Below are positions 11,403 through 21,424 of a stretch of DNA of 64,000 nt, one piece after another. Under the pieces are notes generated by a model. It ran no database searches. It had not been told where the DNA came from and saw nothing but the letters and a program-made list of their open reading frames with translations. Every line of letters begins with the position of its first letter. Within the stretch, counting starts at the first letter, position 1. Position numbers and translations under genes: made by a program. This DNA is from an uncultured candidatus Porisulfidus sp. (GTDB lineage Bacteria; Pseudomonadota; Gammaproteobacteria; Poriferisulfidales; Poriferisulfidaceae): contig OZ220694.1 in assembly GCA_965116525.1 (NCBI GenBank), forward strand, positions 48,770 to 112,769, in the 5' to 3' direction.

Positions 11403-13160
11403 ATAGACACCGAGAGTTCTGCCCGACGCACGAGCGTCCGCTACCAGCCAGATGAAAATCCGCCGGCGCCACTCGCGTTCGGCTTGGGTCTGCAACTGGC
11501 CATCCTCTGTATCTCCGGCATCGTCCTGACTCCGGCGATTGTCGCCCGAGCGGCCGGAGGAACCGAAATTTTCCTGTCCTGGATTGTATTCGCCGCTGTT
11601 GCCGTCAGTGGCGTCACCACGATCCTGCAAGCGGTCCGAGTCGGCCGGATCGGAGCCGGCTACACGCTCGCCATGGGTCCGTCCGGGGCCTTTATTGCGA
11701 TCAGCATCACCGCCATCGCGGAAGGAGGGCCGGCAATGCTGGCCACTCTGGTCATCCTCTCCTCGTTCTTCCAGTTCGCGCTTTCCGCGCGACTTTCGCT
11801 GTTTCGAAGGGTTCTGACCCCGGCCGTGGCGGGTACGGTCATCATGCTGGTGCCGGTCACCATCATGCCGATCATCTTTGGCCTGCTGACATCCGTGCCC
11901 GAAGGGACCCCCATGTCGGCTGCCGCGCTGAGTGCCGGCGCGACCCTGCTGGTCATTGGTGGCGTTGCCCTGAAGGCGACCGGCATATTACGCCTCTGGG
12001 CTCCGGTCATCGGGGTTGCCGTCGGTTCGATGGTGGCCGGGTTCTTCGGCCTCTATGAAGTAAGCCGCGTTGGCGAAGCTTCGTGGCTGGGCTTCCCGGA
12101 GGTTGGGTGGCCAGGCTACGACCTCAGTTTCGGGCCGGCATTCTGGACACTGGTGCCGGCATTCGTGTTTGTGACCTTGGTCGGGGCCGTGGAAACCGTA
12201 GGGGACTCCGTCGCCATTCAGCGTGTCGCCTGGCGCCGCCCTCGGGCGGTGGATTTCCGTGCCGTGCAGGGTACGGTGGCAGCGGACGGAGTGGGCAACC
12301 TGTTGTCCGGCCTCTTGGGGACCGTACCGAACACGACCTATTCGACCAGCATTTCCGTTGCCGAGTTGACTGGGGTTGGAGCCCGTAGGGTCGGGGTCGC
12401 CCTTGGCGTGGTTTTCCTTGCCTTGGCATTCCTCCCCAAGGCGCTTGCCATCATCTTGGCGATACCCGGCCCGGTGGCCGGGGCTTATATCGGTGTTCTG
12501 CTGTCGTTGCTTTTCGTGGTCGGCATGAAAGTGGCGATTCAGGATGGCATCGACTATCGAACGGGATTGATCGTCGGAATTTCATTCTGGATCGGAGTCG
12601 GGCTCCAGAACGGATGGATCTATCCCGAGTATGTTTCTGAATTTGCGGGGGGCCTTCTGAGCAACGGGATCACGGCTGGCGGCCTCGTGGCCATCATCAT
12701 GACCCTGTTCATGGAATTGACGAAACCCCGTCGCCACCAGATAAAAGTAGCTCTTGATATTGCAGTGCTCCCGAGGATCGAGGAGTTCCTCCACAAATTC
12801 ACATCCAGCCATGGCTGGGATTCAACAATGATGGACCGTCTTTCTGCCGTCACCGAGGAAACCCTGCTGACGCTTCGCGAGCAAGAAGGCGGAAAGGGGG
12901 CGCGCCACCTGCTCTTGACGGCGCGTCGGGAAGACGACGAAGTCGTTCTCGAGTTTGTCGCTGCGACGGGAGAAGAGAACCTTCAGGACCGGATTGCCTT
13001 GCTTGGCAAGCAATCCATTTCAGCTTCAGTCGAGCGCGAGGTTTCCTTGCGACTGCTGCGGCATTTGGCATCCTCGGTCTACCACCAGCAATACCACGAT
13101 ACGGATATCGTGACCGTACGGGTGGAAATCCCGGTACCGGCCTCCAGCGAAGAGACCTGA
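11403..13160 (+). CDS. NCS2 (xanthine/uracil/ascorbate) permease with a C-terminal soluble extension
   Basis: Many transmembrane stretches, ETVGD, ADGVGN, PNTTYSTS; frame open from 11373; first canonical start is TTG 11484, ATA 11403 proposed. Confidence 0.8.
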   Translation: MDTESSARRTSVRYQPDENPPAPLAFGLGLQLAILCISGIVLTPAIVARAAGGTEIFLSWIVFAAVAVSGVTTILQAVRVGRIGAGYTLAMGPSGAFIAISITAIAEGGPAMLATLVILSSFFQFALSARLSLFRRVLTPAVAGTVIMLVPVTIMPIIFGLLTSVPEGTPMSAAALSAGATLLVIGGVALKATGILRLWAPVIGVAVGSMVAGFFGLYEVSRVGEASWLGFPEVGWPGYDLSFGPAFWTLVPAFVFVTLVGAVETVGDSVAIQRVAWRRPRAVDFRAVQGTVAADGVGNLLSGLLGTVPNTTYSTSISVAELTGVGARRVGVALGVVFLALAFLPKALAIILAIPGPVAGAYIGVLLSLLFVVGMKVAIQDGIDYRTGLIVGISFWIGVGLQNGWIYPEYVSEFAGGLLSNGITAGGLVAIIMTLFMELTKPRRHQIKVALDIAVLPRIEEFLHKFTSSHGWDSTMMDRLSAVTEETLLTLREQEGGKGARHLLLTARREDDEVVLEFVAATGEENLQDRIALLGKQSISASVEREVSLRLLRHLASSVYHQQYHDTDIVTVRVEIPVPASSEET

Positions 13161-13169
13161 CGTTTCCCG

Positions 13170-14153
13170 TCAGGAGAGCAGGTCGGCGATCGTGTCGCGT
13201 TCGCTCAGGAGTTCAGTTTCGTTGGCCGTGATTTGCTCTCGCCCGAAAGCATCCAGTTCCAGTTCAGACACGATGGAATATTCGGAATTCGAGCATTGGC
13301 AAGGGAAGGAGAAAACGATGCCTTCCGCCACTCCGTATGAGCCGTCCGAGAAGACGCTCATGCTGACCCAATCGTTCTTGGCCGTTCCCTGAACCCAATC
13401 GCGCATGTGCAGGATGGCCGCGTTGGCGGCCGAGGCTGCGGAAGAGGCGCCACGTGCCTCGATCACCTTGGCGCCACGTTGCTGGATCCCTGGGATGAAC
13501 TCTTTCTGATACCAGTCCGCATCGACCAGTTCTCTGATCGGAGTGCCGGAAGCCGTGCAGTAGCCAATGTCAGGAAACATCTTCGGAGAGTGGTTTCCCC
13601 AGACCGTCATGCGGGCGATGTTGGCGACCGGCTCGCCGGTTTGATTTGCCAGCTGTGAACGGGATCGCTCGTGATCGAGGCGGGTCATCGCGGAGAATTG
13701 GCGTGGCGAGAGGTCTGGAGCGTGGTTCAGGGCAATCAGCGCATTGGTGTTGGCCGGGTTTCCAATGACGAGAACCCGGACGTCGCGACTCGAAAAATCA
13801 TTGATGGCTTTGCCCTGGGGGCCAAAAATTTTCCCGTTTTCCTGAATCAGGTCGCTACGCTCCATGCCTTTCCCGCGTGGGCGTGCTCCGAACATGAACA
13901 CATAGTCCGCGTCCCCAAAGCCTTTCTCCAGATCATCGCTCAGACGGACGTCGCGCAGCAAAGGAAAGGCGCAATCCTCCAGCTCCATCGCGGTTCCGCC
14001 GAGTGACGGCATGGCGGGAGGGATGTCAATCAGGTTCAAGGCGACAGGTTGCTGATCGCCCAGCAGTTCTCCGGCCGCGATGCGGAACATGGCTTGGTAC
14101 GCGATGTTGCCGGCTGCGCCGGTGATGGCGATTCGCTTCGGTGGGTTCGTCAT
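13170..14153 (-). CDS. mdh: Malate dehydrogenase
   Basis: ITGAAGNIAY, GARPRGKGMERSDL, GNPANTN, WGNHS. Confidence 0.95.
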   Translation of the reverse strand: MTNPPKRIAITGAAGNIAYQAMFRIAAGELLGDQQPVALNLIDIPPAMPSLGGTAMELEDCAFPLLRDVRLSDDLEKGFGDADYVFMFGARPRGKGMERSDLIQENGKIFGPQGKAINDFSSRDVRVLVIGNPANTNALIALNHAPDLSPRQFSAMTRLDHERSRSQLANQTGEPVANIARMTVWGNHSPKMFPDIGYCTASGTPIRELVDADWYQKEFIPGIQQRGAKVIEARGASSAASAANAAILHMRDWVQGTAKNDWVSMSVFSDGSYGVAEGIVFSFPCQCSNSEYSIVSELELDAFGREQITANETELLSERDTIADLLS

Positions 14154-14194
14154 GGTTGTGCTCTTCTGGGAGGATGGAGTGATATTAGCAAGAA

Positions 14195-15289
14195 TCAATG
14201 AAGGAGGTGCGACCGTCCCAGGTATGCCTGGCTTCGCATCTCGTGCAGGCGGCTCGCGGTTCGCTCGAAGATCTGTTTCAGGCGCTTTCCTTGGTACAGT
14301 TGGTCTGGCTCGGCTGCGGCAGAGACGATTAGTGTCACGTTGCGGTCGTAGAATTCGTCGATCATTTCGATGAAGCGCCTCGCGCTGTCGTCCATCGTCG
14401 AATCAAAGACCGGGATGCCCGAAACCAGCACGGTGTGGAAGCAGCGCGCGATTGAGATGTAGTCGGTGACACAGCGGGGAGACTGGCATAGGTCATCGAA
14501 GTCGAACCAAATCGCATCGTGCGACAGGCGCTTGACCGGAATGGCGCGGCCTTCCACTTCAATGGTTGTCTCTTTTCGATCCATTTCTGATGCCAGGTAC
14601 TGGAAATGATCCTGCAGAAGCGGTTCAGCGGTTCCGTTGGCGCTGAGGCAATAGGTCTCGGTTTCGTCCAGGTGCTGCAGACGGTAGTCGCAAGATGTCG
14701 CCAATTCGAAAACCGTCATGTGTTTCTTGATCATTTCGATTGCAGGCAGAAATCGCTCTCGCTGCAGCCCTCCCTCGTAGAGCTTGTCTGGGGCGCAATT
14801 GGAAGTTGTGACCAATGTGACCCGGCGCCGGAACAGGCCTTCCAGGAGGCCGGCCAGGATCATGGCGTCTGTGATGTCCGAGACGAAAAACTCGTCAATG
14901 CAGATCACCTTGAATTTTTTCGCCATGCGGGCGGCAAGGAGATCGATGGGGTCGCGTCGGTCCTGCATGTGCTTGAGCTTGTGATGGATGTGTCGCATGA
15001 AACGGTGGAAGTGCATGCGTCGTTTTTTGCGCAGGGGAAGGGAATTAAAAAACAAGTCCATCAGATAAGTCTTGCCGCTCCCGACCGAGCCCCACAGCCA
15101 CAGGCCGGACATTTGTGTAGGAGAGTTGGATTTCAAGCGGCGCAGCCGATCGTGGATCAGCGCCTTGGCACGCGAGTGCCGAGTCAAGTGGTCGAAGATA
15201 AGTTGGAACTGTTGAGCGGCCTGGTATTGCGATGGATCGGCCGTGAAGTGCCTCTGGGCAATTTTCGCTTCGTAAGCATCAATGAACAT
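14195..15289 (-). CDS. zapE: Cell division ATPase ZapE (AFG1 family)
   Basis: GSVGSGKT, HFHRFM, DEFFVSDITDAMIL, RRFIEMIDEFYD. Confidence 0.93.
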   Translation of the reverse strand: MFIDAYEAKIAQRHFTADPSQYQAAQQFQLIFDHLTRHSRAKALIHDRLRRLKSNSPTQMSGLWLWGSVGSGKTYLMDLFFNSLPLRKKRRMHFHRFMRHIHHKLKHMQDRRDPIDLLAARMAKKFKVICIDEFFVSDITDAMILAGLLEGLFRRRVTLVTTSNCAPDKLYEGGLQRERFLPAIEMIKKHMTVFELATSCDYRLQHLDETETYCLSANGTAEPLLQDHFQYLASEMDRKETTIEVEGRAIPVKRLSHDAIWFDFDDLCQSPRCVTDYISIARCFHTVLVSGIPVFDSTMDDSARRFIEMIDEFYDRNVTLIVSAAAEPDQLYQGKRLKQIFERTASRLHEMRSQAYLGRSHLLH

Positions 15290-15425
15290 AAAGACATGCG
15301 TGGCCGCAAAACCGAACTTCTATTCTACATAGACGCACCGAGTGAATCGACGTTCAGTTCGACCCGAATCAGCGCTCAAACTGTAAGATAGATCTTTCGA
15401 ATTCTGCTTTTGCTTCCCGCCCGGA

Positions 15426-16826
15426 ATGTCCAACCTCGCAGTCCGAACCCGGTTCGCTCCAAGCCCGACGGGTGCTTTGCATTTGGGGGGAGCCCGTACG
15501 GCTCTGTACAACTGGCTTTACGCCCGGCATTGCGGGGGCCAATTCCTCTTGCGCATCGAAGACACCGATCGGGAACGTTCCAAAGACGAGCATTGCCAGC
15601 AAATCATGTCCATGCTGCAGTGGATGGGTATGGACTGGGATGGCGAGGTGGTCTACCAGTCGCAAAGGTCGGAGCGTCATCAGGAAATCATCCAGAAACT
15701 GGTCGACCAGGGGAATGCCTACTACTGTGATTGCCCTCCGGAACGCCTGGAACAACTGCGCAAGGAACAGATGGCGGCGAAGCTCAAACCACGCTACGAT
15801 CGCCATTGTCGCGACCGAGACAATCCCCCGTCGGCACAATCAGTCATCCGGTTCAAAACCCCGCTTGAAGGCGACGTGGTTGTCCGAGACAGCCTGAAAG
15901 GGGAGGTATGCTTTTCCAACTCCGAACTGGACGATCTGGTGATTGCCCGGGCGGATGGGAGCGCAACCTATCACTTGGCCGTCGTGGTGGACGACATGGA
16001 TGCGGGTGTCACGCACATCATCCGGGGAGACGACCACCTCAACAACACGCCGCGTCAGGTTCACATCCTTTCTGCACTGGGTGCGGATGCGCCTGGCTAT
16101 ACGCACCTGCCGATGATCCTCGACGAGGGTGGACGCAAAATGTCCAAACGGAAAGATTCCGCCGACATGGCGCAGTACCGCGAGCAGGGGTATCTGCCCA
16201 CGGCCTTGATGAACATCTTGGCGCGTCTGGGCTGGGCCCATGGAGACGACGAACTGTTTTCGGCCGAAGAGTTGATCCGGCAGTTCGATCTTTCCGGACT
16301 GAACTCAGCCGCAAGCCGGATCGATCCCAAGAAAATGGCCTGGGTCAATCAGCAACAGATGGACCAGGTGTCCGAGAGTGAGATCAATGCCGAATTCGAT
16401 TGGCATTGCGCCCGTCTAGGCCTGAATTCCGATGCCTTGGACTCCTCGAATCGGAACGCACTCATTGAAGTGCAACGCAAACGTTGCCGCAACGTGGCGG
16501 ACATGGCTGCCCAAAGTCGCTGGATGCTGTTGGAAGATCCGGGAATGGACGAATCGGCACGAGAAAAATTTCTTACTCCGGAGGCTCTTTCGATCCTGCA
16601 GGAACTGGCAGGCGAGATGGAGCAGAGTGACTGGAATGCTGAATCCTTGGCAGGTTTGCTTAGTGCCGCCTGCGAGCGCCACCAGGTCAAGCCCGGCAAG
16701 GTCGCGCAGCCGCTACGCGTCGCTGTGACCGGGGGGACGGTCTCGCCCTCCATTGAGGACACTTTGGTTTTGCTCGGGAGGGAACGCGCGATGCGGCGTT
16801 TACGGGCTGCGATTTTTGATGCATAA
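15426..16826 (+). CDS. gltX: Glutamate--tRNA ligase
   Basis: RFAPSPTG.LHLGG (HIGH-type) and KMSKR motifs. Confidence 0.96.
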   Translation: MSNLAVRTRFAPSPTGALHLGGARTALYNWLYARHCGGQFLLRIEDTDRERSKDEHCQQIMSMLQWMGMDWDGEVVYQSQRSERHQEIIQKLVDQGNAYYCDCPPERLEQLRKEQMAAKLKPRYDRHCRDRDNPPSAQSVIRFKTPLEGDVVVRDSLKGEVCFSNSELDDLVIARADGSATYHLAVVVDDMDAGVTHIIRGDDHLNNTPRQVHILSALGADAPGYTHLPMILDEGGRKMSKRKDSADMAQYREQGYLPTALMNILARLGWAHGDDELFSAEELIRQFDLSGLNSAASRIDPKKMAWVNQQQMDQVSESEINAEFDWHCARLGLNSDALDSSNRNALIEVQRKRCRNVADMAAQSRWMLLEDPGMDESAREKFLTPEALSILQELAGEMEQSDWNAESLAGLLSAACERHQVKPGKVAQPLRVAVTGGTVSPSIEDTLVLLGRERAMRRLRAAIFDA

Positions 16827-16827
16827 T

Positions 16828-16857
16828 TTGACGAATAGGGCACTTTTGACTTAGAGT
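16828..16857 (+). promoter_or_regulatory. Putative sigma70 promoter for tRNA-Glu
   Basis: TTGACG-N18-TAGAGT followed by a GC-rich discriminator (GCGCATCC) upstream of the tRNA. Confidence 0.5.
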
Positions 16858-16874
16858 GCGCATCCGACTGTACA

Positions 16875-16950
16875 GTCCCCATCGTCTAGAGGCCTAGGAC
16901 ACTGCCCTTTCACGGCGGCAACAGGGGTTCGAATCCCCTTGGGGACGCCA
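16875..16950 (+). tRNA. tRNA-Glu (anticodon TTC)
   Basis: 76 nt; GTCCCCA/TGGGGAC acceptor stem, CTTTCAC anticodon loop, GTTCGAATC T-loop, encoded CCA. Confidence 0.97.
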
Positions 16951-17023
16951 GTTTTCTAAAAGATACCAGTAGCCTTGAGCCGCGTGGTCCGATTCCAAAG
17001 CCGTATTTTGTGAAAAAGACAGC

Positions 17024-17797
17024 CTAGGGCCGAATGCCGGTGCCCCGCTTGAGTAGCCGCAGGCAGACGTAAGTCAGCACGACGATGACCGCAATAATCA
17101 GAAGCAGGGAATTGACCGTGTCCACTTCCTGAATCCCCATCCAGCCATAGCGGAACAAACCGATCATGTGCAGGATCGGGTTGAACAGGGAGACTTGCTG
17201 CCAGAAGGGGGAGAGCATGTCCAAGGAGTAGAAAATGCCCCCTAGGTAAGTCAGGGGAGTCAGCACGAAGGTTGGAATGATCGAGATGTCGTCGAAGCTT
17301 TTCGCGTAAATGCCGTTGATGAATCCTGCAAGAGAGAACAGGATGCAGGTCAGGACGGCGACCCCCAAGGTCAGAGCAAGATGGGAAAGCGGGATCTCGG
17401 CAAAAAAGACGGTCACCGCCGTGACTGTCAGTCCGACAGATAATCCCCGCATGACGCCACCGCCGATGAAGCCGGTCAAAATCACGAAATTCGGCACCGG
17501 GGAAACCAGTAATTCTTCGATATGCCGTTGGAACTTTGAACTGTAGAACGAGGAGACGACGTTGGCGTAGGCATTGGTGATGACGGACATCAGGATGAGC
17601 CCGGGGGCGATGTAGTCCATGTAGCGATAGCCACCGATATCGGCCAGCTGCGAGCCGATTAGCTCCCCAAAGATGATGAAATACAGGACGGTCGTAATCG
17701 CCGGCGGAATAAGAGTCTGGACCCAGATGCGCATGAACCGCAGATACTCTCGAATCAGCATACTCTGAAGAGCGATAAGTTGCTGTTTCAGTGGCAT
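17024..17797 (-). CDS. yadH: ABC-2 type permease (YadH-like)
   Basis: RIWVQTLIPPAIT, EELLVSP, TPLTYLGGIFYS. Confidence 0.88.
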   Translation of the reverse strand: MPLKQQLIALQSMLIREYLRFMRIWVQTLIPPAITTVLYFIIFGELIGSQLADIGGYRYMDYIAPGLILMSVITNAYANVVSSFYSSKFQRHIEELLVSPVPNFVILTGFIGGGVMRGLSVGLTVTAVTVFFAEIPLSHLALTLGVAVLTCILFSLAGFINGIYAKSFDDISIIPTFVLTPLTYLGGIFYSLDMLSPFWQQVSLFNPILHMIGLFRYGWMGIQEVDTVNSLLLIIAVIVVLTYVCLRLLKRGTGIRP

Positions 17798-17803
17798 GAT
17801 ATT

Positions 17804-18736
17804 TCAATCAAAATGGTGCCCAACCAATTGCAGGAAAAGTTTTTCCAGTCGGTTGGTCTTGTTTTTCATGCTGACGATGTTGATGCCCTGGGCATTGAGT
17901 TCGCCAAACAGTTGGCTCAGGTCGGCGCCTTTGCTGACTGTGGCCTCCAGCGTCCGTGGATCCGGGCAGCGCAGGGCGTAGCCGTCGACCTGCGGACAGT
18001 GGGGTAGGGGGCTTTTCAGATAAAGGACGAAGTGCTCCGAGTCGAGTTGGTCCAGCAGTTCCCGCATCGTGGTATCGGCGCGAATCCGTCCATTGTCGAT
18101 GATCGCGATGGTGCGACACAGCTGTTCCGCCTCCTCGAGATAGTGCGTGGTCAGGATGATCGTCGTGCCCTCGGAGTTGATCTCTTTGAGGTAATGCCAG
18201 AGGGTGCGGCGGATTTCAAGATCTACTCCCGCGGTGGGTTCGTCTAGAATCAGGAGTTGAGGGTCGTGGATCATGGCCCGCGCGATCATCAACCGGCGTT
18301 TCATGCCTCCCGACAGTTCGCGGGCCACTACCGAACGCTTTTCCCACAAATCGAACTGTTCCAAAAGCCTTTGTGCGCGCCTGGCAGCATCTTGGCGGCG
18401 AATGCCGTAGTATCCGGCCTGGTGCACGAGGATATCGAAAACCGGGTCGAACTGGTTGAAGTTGAATTCTTGCGGAACTAGACCGAGGCAGGCGCGGGCG
18501 GCTGCATAGTCTCGAACGATGTCATGTCCGAAGATAGTGACCGATCCCTCTGAAAACGTTACCAGAGAGGAAATGATGCCGATGGCGGTCGACTTTCCCG
18601 CCCCATTGGGTCCGAGAAGTGCGAAGAAGTCTCCGCGCTGTACTTCCAGGTCGATCCCGTGCAGCGCCTCTACGCCACCAGCATAGGTTTTCTTGAGCCC
18701 TTTGATTTGGAGCGCGGGAGTCGGAGGTGGAGTCAT
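17804..18736 (-). CDS. yadG: ABC transporter ATP-binding protein (YadG-like)
   Basis: GPNGAGKS, LSGGMKRR, LDEPTAG. Confidence 0.88.
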   Translation of the reverse strand: MTPPPTPALQIKGLKKTYAGGVEALHGIDLEVQRGDFFALLGPNGAGKSTAIGIISSLVTFSEGSVTIFGHDIVRDYAAARACLGLVPQEFNFNQFDPVFDILVHQAGYYGIRRQDAARRAQRLLEQFDLWEKRSVVARELSGGMKRRLMIARAMIHDPQLLILDEPTAGVDLEIRRTLWHYLKEINSEGTTIILTTHYLEEAEQLCRTIAIIDNGRIRADTTMRELLDQLDSEHFVLYLKSPLPHCPQVDGYALRCPDPRTLEATVSKGADLSQLFGELNAQGINIVSMKNKTNRLEKLFLQLVGHHFD

Positions 18737-18841
18737 TGCGGCCAGAGCCAAACGCGGCTCACTACTATAGCGTCAAAAATCAGCCCCGAAGCAGGGCGCC
18801 AGCTTATCTCGTTGATTTACAATGAGCGTCCGAGGCTTCTT

Positions 18842-19807
18842 ATGTCTGAGCGAATTTTCTGCATTGCCCCGATGATGGACCATACGGACCGTCATTTCCG
18901 GTATTTCCTGCGAGTTTTGTCGCCGCACGCCTGGCTGTTCACCGAAATGGTGGCATCGGGAGCGGTTTTGCACGGAGATACCGAATCCCTGCTTGGATTC
19001 GATCCGGCCGAACAGCCGGTGGCACTCCAGCTCGGTGGCAGCGATCCGGACGATTTGGCCCGTTGCGCCGCCATTGCACAGGATTTCGGCTATGGCGAGG
19101 TGAACCTGAATGTCGGATGTCCAAGCAGCCGCGTCTCAGCTGGGCGTTTCGGAGCCTGCTTGATGAAAGAACCCCTCCGAGTTGCGGATTGCGTGGCGGC
19201 GATGCAGGCAAAAGTCCGCATTCCGGTGACGGTGAAGTGCCGCATCGGCGTGGACCAACAGGATACGGAAGAGGCCTTGGCAGAATTCGTCCAGACCGTT
19301 GCAGATGCTGGCTGCCGAACGTTTTATGTACATGCGCGAATTGCCATGCTGTCCGGGCTGAACCCAAAGCAGAATCGCACGATTCCTCCCTTGAATTACG
19401 AGCGCGTGTGGGCACTTAAGCGCGAATTCTCACATCTAAACATCGTAATCAATGGCGGCATTCGCTCAATTGAAGAAGTGCAACAGCATTTGGGCCAGGT
19501 CGACGGCGTAATGGTCGGGAGATTGGCATGCGAAGACCATTGGGCCATACGCCAGATCGAGAAAGCCCTGTTCCCGGGTTCAAAAGCACCGGAAACGCCA
19601 CTGGAGGCGTTTAACGCCTATTTGCCGTATCTGGAAGAGCAGTGCAGGGCAGGGGTGCCGCTGGCTCGCATGACGCGTCATATCACAGGACTGTTCAGGG
19701 GATGCCCAGGGGCAAAAAGCTGGAGACAGGCTGTCGCCCGTCCGGATTCCTCTGTGTCGGCGCTACAGGCTTTGCGGGAGACCGCTTGCCAGGTTGCATG
19801 CGCATGA
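18842..19807 (+). CDS. dusA: tRNA dihydrouridine synthase A
   Basis: IAPMMD, NLNVGCPS, VKCRIG, HAR.A, NGGI. Confidence 0.92.
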   Translation: MSERIFCIAPMMDHTDRHFRYFLRVLSPHAWLFTEMVASGAVLHGDTESLLGFDPAEQPVALQLGGSDPDDLARCAAIAQDFGYGEVNLNVGCPSSRVSAGRFGACLMKEPLRVADCVAAMQAKVRIPVTVKCRIGVDQQDTEEALAEFVQTVADAGCRTFYVHARIAMLSGLNPKQNRTIPPLNYERVWALKREFSHLNIVINGGIRSIEEVQQHLGQVDGVMVGRLACEDHWAIRQIEKALFPGSKAPETPLEAFNAYLPYLEEQCRAGVPLARMTRHITGLFRGCPGAKSWRQAVARPDSSVSALQALRETACQVACA

Positions 19808-20571
19808 CGCACTGGGTCCGTTTCGAGCATGATGGCCGGGTGAATTTCGGCCAGTTGGAGGGCTCGACCATCCTAGTGTGCGAAGGCGATATGTTCGCGG
19901 CGCCCGTGTTAACTGATCAGACGGTCTCGCTGGGCGAAGTTCGTGTGCTGACTCCGACCATGCCGAGCAAGATGCCTGCGCTTTGGAATAATTACCGGGC
20001 TTTGGCCGACGAGAAGGGGCTGCAGTACCCGGAAACTCCGCTATACCTGTTCAAGGCAAATTCCTCGTTCCTGGCGACTGGCGAGGTGATCAGGCATCCA
20101 GCCTCGGTCACGGAAGACGTGTTTTACGAAGGCGAACTCGGGATTGTTATTGGACAGACCATCAGCGGAGCCTCCCTAGACCAAGCAGAGCGAGCTATTT
20201 TCGGCTATACCTGCATTAACGACGTGACCGCGTTCAGTTTGTTGAAGGAATATGAGGGATTTGACCAATGGACACGGTCAAAAGGGTTTGACACGTTTGG
20301 GGTGTTCGGGCCAGTCGTCGCGACCGGGCTGGATTATCGGGATCTGGAAATCGTGACGCGTGTTGATGGCGAGGAGAAACAACGTTATCCAGCTTCGGAC
20401 ATGATGATGTCGCCAGCGGAGACGGTTTCACAACTGTCCGCGAATATGACCTTGTGCCCGGGAGATGTGATCTGCTGCGGGACCTCGATAGGACTTGGTC
20501 CTATGCCTCGCGGCTGCACGGTGGAAGTCGAAATCGAAGGAATCGGGTGCTTGCGCAACGAGTACCGCTAA
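19804..20571 (+). CDS. Fumarylacetoacetate hydrolase family protein
   Basis: YEGELG, GYTCINDVT, KGFDTF, PGDVICCGT. Confidence 0.9.
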   Translation: MTHWVRFEHDGRVNFGQLEGSTILVCEGDMFAAPVLTDQTVSLGEVRVLTPTMPSKMPALWNNYRALADEKGLQYPETPLYLFKANSSFLATGEVIRHPASVTEDVFYEGELGIVIGQTISGASLDQAERAIFGYTCINDVTAFSLLKEYEGFDQWTRSKGFDTFGVFGPVVATGLDYRDLEIVTRVDGEEKQRYPASDMMMSPAETVSQLSANMTLCPGDVICCGTSIGLGPMPRGCTVEVEIEGIGCLRNEYR

Positions 20572-21356
20572 GCTTTGTGCCCGACCTTGATAATCTTGTT
20601 GGGACTGAAATTAGTTTCTGATTTTTCATTAGGATATCCGCGAGCATTGTTAATAAATCTCGTTTTACCATGTATGAAGTCTTCGGCCTGATGCGTATGG
20701 CCGTATAGCCAGAGATCAGGTTCGTATTGCTCGACTAAGTTCTCGCAGCCCGCAACAAAATAAGGGTTCAGTTGATCGCCCTGATAACGTTCGGCAATGC
20801 ACTGCGAAATCGGCGCGAAATGCGTAATTACCACGTTGTACAGGGCATCTGACGAAGCCAGCGATTCCTCAAGCCAAGTACGCTCCTGGCGATGCAATTT
20901 TGCACAGTCAGTGTGGCGAAAAGCCCTGTTTTCAAAGCCAATTACGTAGAAATCGCTGACTGACTGTTCGGCGTACAGCCCGTATAAATCAGCTTGTTTG
21001 GCTCCAAACAGCGTGAAATCAGACCACAGGGTGCATCCGTGAAATGCGACATCGCCGTACTGAATACGGTCGCAATTCAGCAATTCGATGCCGAATTGGT
21101 CGGTATCGCGCCGGATCCGGTCCAGTGTCTGGTGGTAGTCATGGCGGTAAAACTCGTGATTTCCTGGCAAATAAAGGATTGGGCGGTCTGTACGCGAACG
21201 GTAGTGCTCTAGGACTTCGGTGAGGTTTGCTGGGCTGTCGACGTACTCCGAGATGTCTCCGGCGAGAATCAGGATGTCGTGATCCGGCAATGGATACGGC
21301 CATTCGCTGGAATCCCCGAAATTGTGGTGGGTATCGGACAGTAGGGAAATGCGCAT
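20568..21356 (-). CDS. Calcineurin-like metallophosphoesterase
   Basis: SDTH, AGD, GNHE, THFAP, GHTH motifs. Confidence 0.88.
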   Translation of the reverse strand: MRISLLSDTHHNFGDSSEWPYPLPDHDILILAGDISEYVDSPANLTEVLEHYRSRTDRPILYLPGNHEFYRHDYHQTLDRIRRDTDQFGIELLNCDRIQYGDVAFHGCTLWSDFTLFGAKQADLYGLYAEQSVSDFYVIGFENRAFRHTDCAKLHRQERTWLEESLASSDALYNVVITHFAPISQCIAERYQGDQLNPYFVAGCENLVEQYEPDLWLYGHTHQAEDFIHGKTRFINNARGYPNEKSETNFSPNKIIKVGHKA

Positions 21357-21424
21357 GGTTAGAGCCAGTTTCAGGCTTTATCGTACCGCCGAAGGCGATC
21401 CTGGCATACCTTGATAAATATAAA

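Noticed and set aside
10438-11472. 344-aa minus-strand ORF
   Set aside because: Overlaps the hydrolase, which has a strong Shine-Dalgarno and catalytic motifs; it has no motifs of its own.
16875-17030. tRNA-Glu as a prophage or island integration site
   Set aside because: No integrase is adjacent and no duplicate of the tRNA 3' end was noticed.
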